From the NCBI GenBank assembly GCA_965215195.1, contig CBDCDC010000002.1, positions 2,752,001 to 2,816,000 of the forward strand: a stretch of DNA of 64,000 nt, given 5' to 3'. Origin of the DNA: Candidatus Latescibacterota bacterium (GTDB lineage: Bacteria > Latescibacterota > UBA2968 > UBA8231). Shown piece after piece: positions 58,305 through 64,000 of the stretch (position 1 is the first letter of the stretch; each line of letters opens with the position of its first letter). The position numbers were made by a program, and so were the translations under genes. Below the pieces are notes generated by a model, which worked only from the letters and a program-made list of their open reading frames with translations, did not search any database and was not told the DNA's origin.

Positions 58305-58418
58305 AGGACGAAGGTGAAAAAGCCCGCAAACCGCATTGGAGGCTGGCTTTGACTCACTAGTCGAGGGCGGTATCTTACCACCCATCGCCTCGGTGCTCTT
58401 GCGCCAGATCGAGACCCC

Positions 58419-58589
58419 ATGCGCCTAGGGCCAGCCCAACTCGACCAGTTTCACTGCGATGGCTACATCATCGTCCCCGACCTGTTCACTGCCTTAGCGG
58501 CGATGGAACAGGTTTTCTACGGCCAATCCTTCCAGTTGGAGCACACCCTACCCGGCATTGACACAGGCCCCTATCGCGATGAACGTTGA
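58419..58589 (+). pseudogene. PhyH-family N-terminal fragment
   Basis: MRLGPAQLDQFHCDGYIIVPDLF, then an early stop. Confidence 0.55.
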
Positions 58590-58628
58590 AAGACGGCCAA
58601 CTGCGGCCCGAGAGGCTATTTCCCAGCT

Positions 58629-59528
58629 ATGATTCCGACTATCACCCTGCGACAAAAAGTAATAGAAGGGGGCCAAAAAGGCCCCAACCTGCTGCTCTTG
58701 GGCGGCGTCCACGGCGACGAGTTCGAGTCTATGGCGGCCATCCGCCGCCTGCTGGACCACCTCGACCCAGCGGCCTTGCGGGGCCGCCTCACGGCCATCC
58801 CGGTAGTCAACGAAGCCGCCTATTGGCGCGGCCAGCGCACGGCCGAAGACGGGCTGGACTTGGCCCGCACCTGCCCGGGCCGGGCCGATGGCTCAATCAC
58901 CGAGCGCACGGCTCACGCCGTCAGCGAGGAAATCCGCCGGGCCGACTATCTCATCGACCTGCACAGCGGCGGGTTGGTCATGGAATTCTACCCGACCGCG
59001 GGGTACACCCTGCATCCCGATAAAGCCATCCTCAATGTGCAACGGCGCATGGCCCGAGCACTGAATATGCCCATCATCTGGGGCACCTCGGCCCGACTTG
59101 ACGGACGCACGCTTTCAGTGGCCCGCGACGCCAATGTGCCGGCCATGTACGCCGAGTGGATGGGCGGTGGCACATGCGACCCTCGAGGGGTGGATGCTTA
59201 TTTTGCGGGCTGCTTGAACGTCTTGGCCGAACTGGGCATGATCGACCGCACCTTGCCGCCCCGGCGCACCGAGTACACCGTGGAGGACGACCGCGACAAT
59301 GCTGGCCATGTGCAGCTCAATTACCCGGCGCCCTTTGCCGGTTATTTTGAGCCCCAAGTAACACTGAAAGCGCTCGTGCAACCGGGCGACGCGATCGGCA
59401 CGGTGGTCGATCCTCTGGGGCAGCGGCGCGAGGAAGTGGTATCGACCGAGGCGGGCTTGATCCTGTGTCTGCGGGTCTTCAACCGCGTCCACCAAGGGGA
59501 CAGCTTGGCCGCGGTTTTGGAACTATGA
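58629..59528 (+). CDS. Succinylglutamate desuccinylase/aspartoacylase (M14) family
   Basis: GGVHGDE, DLAR..PG and IDLHSG motifs; C-terminal biotinyl-like domain. Confidence 0.88.
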   Translation: MIPTITLRQKVIEGGQKGPNLLLLGGVHGDEFESMAAIRRLLDHLDPAALRGRLTAIPVVNEAAYWRGQRTAEDGLDLARTCPGRADGSITERTAHAVSEEIRRADYLIDLHSGGLVMEFYPTAGYTLHPDKAILNVQRRMARALNMPIIWGTSARLDGRTLSVARDANVPAMYAEWMGGGTCDPRGVDAYFAGCLNVLAELGMIDRTLPPRRTEYTVEDDRDNAGHVQLNYPAPFAGYFEPQVTLKALVQPGDAIGTVVDPLGQRREEVVSTEAGLILCLRVFNRVHQGDSLAAVLEL

Positions 59529-59913
59529 CCCCCTTTTCCGCGCCGCTGGACTCGCGCCGTTTCCAGTCCGCGCTACTGCTTCTTTTAGGCCCCCTATTCA
59601 TCGGGGTTTCCTTCGCTCTTATGCTGCGCCGGGTGGAACCTGTGACCACCTTGTTTTATTTGTGCGCTTGGTGCTTACACGATTGGCCTGAGCATCTTCC
59701 TGAACTCAAGCGCATGGGCAAGCGTTGGTCTCTCATTGAGACGGAGCACTAAACCAAGACTGCGCCACAACGTACATTACTGTTGCGTACTAAGGCCGAG
59801 GAGTAACACATGTTTCGAGTAACAACAGATGGCCACTGCGATTCCCTGCGGCCATTTGAAAACGTTGGGCTGCCATAAATGCTGCCTCACGCGACGCGAA
59901 ACTTTGAGCGATT

Positions 59914-60459
59914 GTGCGACACTTGCTGCTGATTAGACATTGTCAATCCGCGGGACAAGATCCGGATGCGACACTAACAGAGATTGGGCAAAAACAGGCG
60001 GAAGCACTCGCTAGGTTTTTATCCGACTACCCGATAGACGTGATCGTCTCCAGCTCTTACACGCGGGCACAACAAAGCATTGAACCGTTTGCTGCCACAG
60101 TGGGATTGCCTGTTCACTTGGATCACCGCCTAATTGAACGGATGCTTTCCGGGAGTCCGATTGACAATTGGCGCGAGGTGATCCGCGACTCATTCGGCGA
60201 CTTGGAGTTGCGGATGCCGGGAGGCGAGTCGGCACGCGAAGTGTTGGACCGCGGCTGGGCTGCGATAAGCGAGCTACTCAACGGTGGTCACCGGTTCCCA
60301 ATTGCGATAACCCATGGCAACCTCTTGAGTCTGATCCTGAACTCACTGGACCCTAATTTCGGCTACGCTCGATGGGAGTCTCTGTCGAACCCAGACGTAT
60401 TCGCACTCAAAGAAGCCGACGATGGGCGATTGGTATTCGAGAGACTCTGGTCTGAATAG
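59914..60459 (+). CDS. Histidine phosphatase (PGM family)
   Basis: IRHCQS, L...G..QA, SS..RA, GES and THG motifs. Confidence 0.88.
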   Translation: MRHLLLIRHCQSAGQDPDATLTEIGQKQAEALARFLSDYPIDVIVSSSYTRAQQSIEPFAATVGLPVHLDHRLIERMLSGSPIDNWREVIRDSFGDLELRMPGGESAREVLDRGWAAISELLNGGHRFPIAITHGNLLSLILNSLDPNFGYARWESLSNPDVFALKEADDGRLVFERLWSE

Positions 60460-60613
60460 GCACCGGCCGCTTAATGACAAGGAGCGACAAACTTACCCGA
60501 TCCTTGCAGTCGTTCATCGCCTTGACTTTACTACAATACAATCATCGCGGTCTGCGTCGTCTCTCTAGACACGGGCTGACGCAGACGCAACCGATGGCGA
60601 AAGGAGATTTCTA

Positions 60614-61105
60614 ATGGCCATTATCAATGAACTTCTCGCAAACAACGCCCGCTATGCCGACCACTTCGACAAGGGTGCTCTCCCCCTGCCTCCAAGGCTG
60701 CACCTAGCGGTGGTGGCCTGCATGGACGCGCGCATCGACACGCACAGCCTGCTGGGGATCGCGGAAGGGGACGCGCACGTGATTCGGAATGCGGGCGGCG
60801 TGATAACCGACGACGCGATTCGTTCGCTGACGATCTCGCAGCGGCTGTTGGGCACGACTTCGATCATGCTCATCCACCACACGGATTGCGGTATGCTGAC
60901 GTTCCGCGACGACGACGTGAAGGACACAATCGTGGCTGATACCGGCATCCGCCCGGCCTTCGCCTTGGAGGCGTTCGGTGATCTCGAAGAGGACGTACGG
61001 CAGTCGATGGCCCGCATTCAGGCTAGCCCGTTTATTCCGCACAAGGACGATGTGCGGGGATTTGTCTATGACTGCGCCACCGGAAAGCTGAACGAAGTCA
61101 CCTGA
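60614..61105 (+). CDS. Beta-class carbonic anhydrase
   Basis: CMDAR, RNAGG and HTDC zinc motifs. Confidence 0.92.
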   Translation: MAIINELLANNARYADHFDKGALPLPPRLHLAVVACMDARIDTHSLLGIAEGDAHVIRNAGGVITDDAIRSLTISQRLLGTTSIMLIHHTDCGMLTFRDDDVKDTIVADTGIRPAFALEAFGDLEEDVRQSMARIQASPFIPHKDDVRGFVYDCATGKLNEVT

Positions 61106-61207
61106 TCCCAAGCCGAATGCCTGAAATTTTACACGATTGGCCTGAGCGCATTGATTTGCCAATAACCTTAGTACCAGACAGTGATCTTTGAGGTCGGACA
61201 CTGGTTA

Positions 61208-62044
61208 TTACGCGACGGCCATCTTGTTGCAATCCAGCGAAAACATGAGCGGCAAACTGCGATCTGGAATCTCCCAGTAACCATCGGTGCGCTGAACCAT
61301 ACACGCGAACTTGCGAAAACCGCCGTAGGGAAACTCCTCTAAGCCGTGGATCGCCAGACCAGCAGACCCAGCCGCTGTGACAAATTCGCCCAGATGGTGA
61401 GACCACTGGTAGGTAGTTTTGTTCACCAGACGACCTCCTTCTCCTGTGTAAGCTCTCGCTAATTTTTCGACCGTGCATAGTTCGGGTGTCTCATCGTGGA
61501 AATAGCTGTCGTTGAGGGACAAGGAGCCGCTCGCGGCGTCACAATCAATCATGTCGAGCACTGGATGCCCGTCGACGACGAAAACCCGGCCAGCGGGCTT
61601 TAACATGGTGCTCGCAACCGAAAACCACCGCTGGAGATCCGGTATCCAACAAAACACGCCGTGGGAAGCAAAAACCAGATCGAATGATTGGCGCTCCAAG
61701 ACATCGCCCACAGAGTACACATTAGCACAGTGGAACTCGGCACTCAGCCCCGTCTCTTCGGCCAGTTGGCGTGCTTTCTCAATGGCGGTGTCGGAAAAGT
61801 CCACCCCGGTCACGATCCCACCCATTCTGCTGAGGGAAAGGGAATCGAGGCCAAAGTGGCATTGCAGATGGAGAATTCGCTTTCCGGCGACATTGCCAAG
61901 CGCTCTTACCTCGACGGGTCCCAACGTGCAGCGGCCGTCGAGAAATCCTTGCACATCGTAAAACTTCGTCCCGACGTGGAATCCGACCCTTTCGTTCCAA
62001 TTCTCGCGATTGGCGCGAAAGTAGGTTTCGTCAAGGGGCTTCAA
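61208..62044 (-). CDS. Class I SAM-dependent methyltransferase
   Basis: NRENWNER, LHLQCHFG and GVDFS motifs; likely TTG start at 62044. Confidence 0.85.
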   Translation of the reverse strand: MKPLDETYFRANRENWNERVGFHVGTKFYDVQGFLDGRCTLGPVEVRALGNVAGKRILHLQCHFGLDSLSLSRMGGIVTGVDFSDTAIEKARQLAEETGLSAEFHCANVYSVGDVLERQSFDLVFASHGVFCWIPDLQRWFSVASTMLKPAGRVFVVDGHPVLDMIDCDAASGSLSLNDSYFHDETPELCTVEKLARAYTGEGGRLVNKTTYQWSHHLGEFVTAAGSAGLAIHGLEEFPYGGFRKFACMVQRTDGYWEIPDRSLPLMFSLDCNKMAVA

Positions 62045-62066
62045 TGTCCTGTATTCCCCGACCACT

Positions 62067-63038
62067 TTAGGCACAGACAGCCGCGTCGGCGCTCCAGCGG
62101 TTGAAGGGGGTGTGCGCCTCTTGCGCCAGCCGGTCGCGGGTATCGCGCCAGAGCTTTTCCCACGCCACTGGATCGCGCAAGACGCTTGCTGGGTTGGCTG
62201 TGCTGCGGGCGACAAAGCCGGGGAAGAGGTCGCGGCCCGTGGGCTGGCCGATTGGATTATAGCGCAAGTCAAAGCTCCAGCGCACGTCGTCGCTGTTGTT
62301 GGTCAGCGAGCCGTGGATGGTGTGTTGAGTGAGGAAGAGCACGTCGCCGGGCTGCATGGGCACCGGCAGTGCCGCGTCCATATCCATAAACAGCTCGGGT
62401 ATCCACAGCCCCCCCGGCCCTCCCGGGCAGTGCGTTTGCAGCCCCCGGCGGTGACTGCGGGGCATAATCTGCAAACAGCCATTTTCGAGCGTCGCCTCAT
62501 TGAGCGGAAACCACACCGTTAGGACCTCTGAGTCGTCGGCTTCGGGCAGGACCACGCCGTTGTCTTGGTGCCAGTTGGTGGCGCTGACCAGTGCTTGGCC
62601 GTTGTGGTTTTTGGGCACTAGGCGCTCGGGCGGCTTGAGGCGCACGTGCTGGACCGGGTTGGACCAAATCTCCGGGCCGACGATGGATTCGACCGCGTCG
62701 AGGAGGTCGGGGTTGGTAATGCAGCGAAAAACGGCTGGCCCGGCCCAGAAGGGGGTGTCGGCCTCAATGCCGGTCTGGGGCAGGGAGAAGTCGAAGTACT
62801 GGGCGTGGATTTGGCCGCTATCGACGACGATTTGCGTCAGGCGCTTGCCAAAGGGCAGGTCGTCGTACGCGGATGCGATCTGGCCGGCTTGGTAGAGTTC
62901 ACGAGCCAGCTTGTCGAGGACGCCGTGGTATTCGTCGATAATGGGCTGGATGACCTTGTCCGCGTCAAGCATCCCTCTCATTAGCAAGTAGCCTTCTTCG
63001 TCAAAGTGTGCGAGTTGTTGGTCCGTCAAGCGTGGCAT
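62067..63038 (-). CDS. PhyH-family dioxygenase
   Basis: FDEEGYL, WHQD, ENGCL and HGS..N.S...RWS.DLRY motifs; GGAGG RBS. Confidence 0.9.
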   Translation of the reverse strand: MPRLTDQQLAHFDEEGYLLMRGMLDADKVIQPIIDEYHGVLDKLARELYQAGQIASAYDDLPFGKRLTQIVVDSGQIHAQYFDFSLPQTGIEADTPFWAGPAVFRCITNPDLLDAVESIVGPEIWSNPVQHVRLKPPERLVPKNHNGQALVSATNWHQDNGVVLPEADDSEVLTVWFPLNEATLENGCLQIMPRSHRRGLQTHCPGGPGGLWIPELFMDMDAALPVPMQPGDVLFLTQHTIHGSLTNNSDDVRWSFDLRYNPIGQPTGRDLFPGFVARSTANPASVLRDPVAWEKLWRDTRDRLAQEAHTPFNRWSADAAVCA

Positions 63039-63247
63039 ATGCTTTCCTCCGTGGGTTGCAGAATTCAATCTGCGCTTGAATATGTCGCGGTGAAACTGCT
63101 CTGTCATGCGGAGCCTTTTGGCTGCGCTCAAGGTGAACGCCGCGCAGCAGAGTCGAAGAATAATGATTGCGGACTGCTGCGCGATATTGTCAAGAGGTGA
63201 ATATATGGAAAGGAGGATCGGCGCTTAGTTGTCGCGTCGCAATGTCT

Positions 63248-64000
63248 ATGGAATTTCCCAAACTCGACCAAGCCCTGCGCCTGAAGCACTTGATGCCGCC
63301 GACGAGCAAGGTGCAGATGGTGCTCGACACCGATACGTACAACGAGATCGACGATCAGTTCGCAGTGGTCCAGGCCCTGCTCTCGCCCGACCAGCTCGCG
63401 GTTGAGGCGATCTACGCGGCCCCTTTCTACAACAGTCGTTCGTCCGGGCCGGGCGACGGCATGGAGAAGAGCTACGCGGAAATCCTGCGGCTATTGGAGC
63501 GGTTGGATGTTGCGCCGGAGGGCTTGGTGTTCCGGGGAGCGACGGATGTGCTGCGGGACGACGCGCCCCAAGAAAGCGCGGCGGTCGATGACCTGATCGC
63601 CAAGGCTCAAACCGCCATCGGCCCGCTCTATGTGGTGGCCATCGGCGCGCTCACCAACGTGGCCTCGGCTATTTTGCAAGAGCCCTCCGTAATTGAGCGA
63701 ATCGTCGTAGTCTGGCTCGGCGGCCACGCGCACTACTGGCCGACGGCTCGCGAATTCAACCTCCAAGGCGATGTCCCAGCCGCGCAGATAGTCTTCGACA
63801 GCGGCGTGCCCTTCGTCCAGATTCCATGCCACCCAGTGGCCTCGCACCTGCTGACGACGCGGGCGGAGCTGGAGCACTTCGTCAAGGGGCGGGGAGCAAT
63901 TGGCGACTATCTGGTCGACATCTTCACGGCCTATTCGCAAAACCACTTCGCCTCTTCCAAGGTGATTTGGGACATGTCGGCGGTCGCTTGGCTGCTCGAC
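63248..64000 (+). CDS. Nucleoside hydrolase (IU-NH family), runs off the window end
   Basis: VLDTDTYNEIDDQFA, AIGALTNVA, WLGG, EFNL and IWD motifs. Confidence 0.9.
   Translation, partial: MEFPKLDQALRLKHLMPPTSKVQMVLDTDTYNEIDDQFAVVQALLSPDQLAVEAIYAAPFYNSRSSGPGDGMEKSYAEILRLLERLDVAPEGLVFRGATDVLRDDAPQESAAVDDLIAKAQTAIGPLYVVAIGALTNVASAILQEPSVIERIVVVWLGGHAHYWPTAREFNLQGDVPAAQIVFDSGVPFVQIPCHPVASHLLTTRAELEHFVKGRGAIGDYLVDIFTAYSQNHFASSKVIWDMSAVAWLLD

Overview
A GC-rich bacterial chromosomal segment. Many PhyH dioxygenases, FG-GAP proteins with 'NYPNPFN' C-terminal domains and DUF4159 proteins suggest a Latescibacterota/Poribacteria-like, possibly host-associated genome (inference only). In order, the window holds: an nfeD-nfeD-floA operon; tRNA-Leu(CAA) followed by a decayed RES/Xre toxin-antitoxin pair and an IS630 nested in an IS982 end; a diadenylate cyclase; a beta-propeller/sigma-54 activator facing a consensus sigma-54 promoter, followed by an FMN-binding protein, two redoxins, a Cys-rich exported peptide and a duplicated array of secreted FG-GAP, Cys-repeat and DUF4159 proteins; a lone omega-like gene; a sugar-type operon; an RND pump; and several oxidoreductases. 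The strongest candidate for an undescribed system is at 54497-58304. There an ECF sigma gene (frameshifted by a 25-bp duplication, with a likely autoregulatory promoter) is translationally coupled to a 1046-aa single-chain, miniaturised RNA polymerase beta-beta' fusion. This protein keeps DFDGD and the sigma-binding clamp helices but appears to lack the flap and trigger loop. All protein assignments come from motif recognition by eye; no database searches were run.
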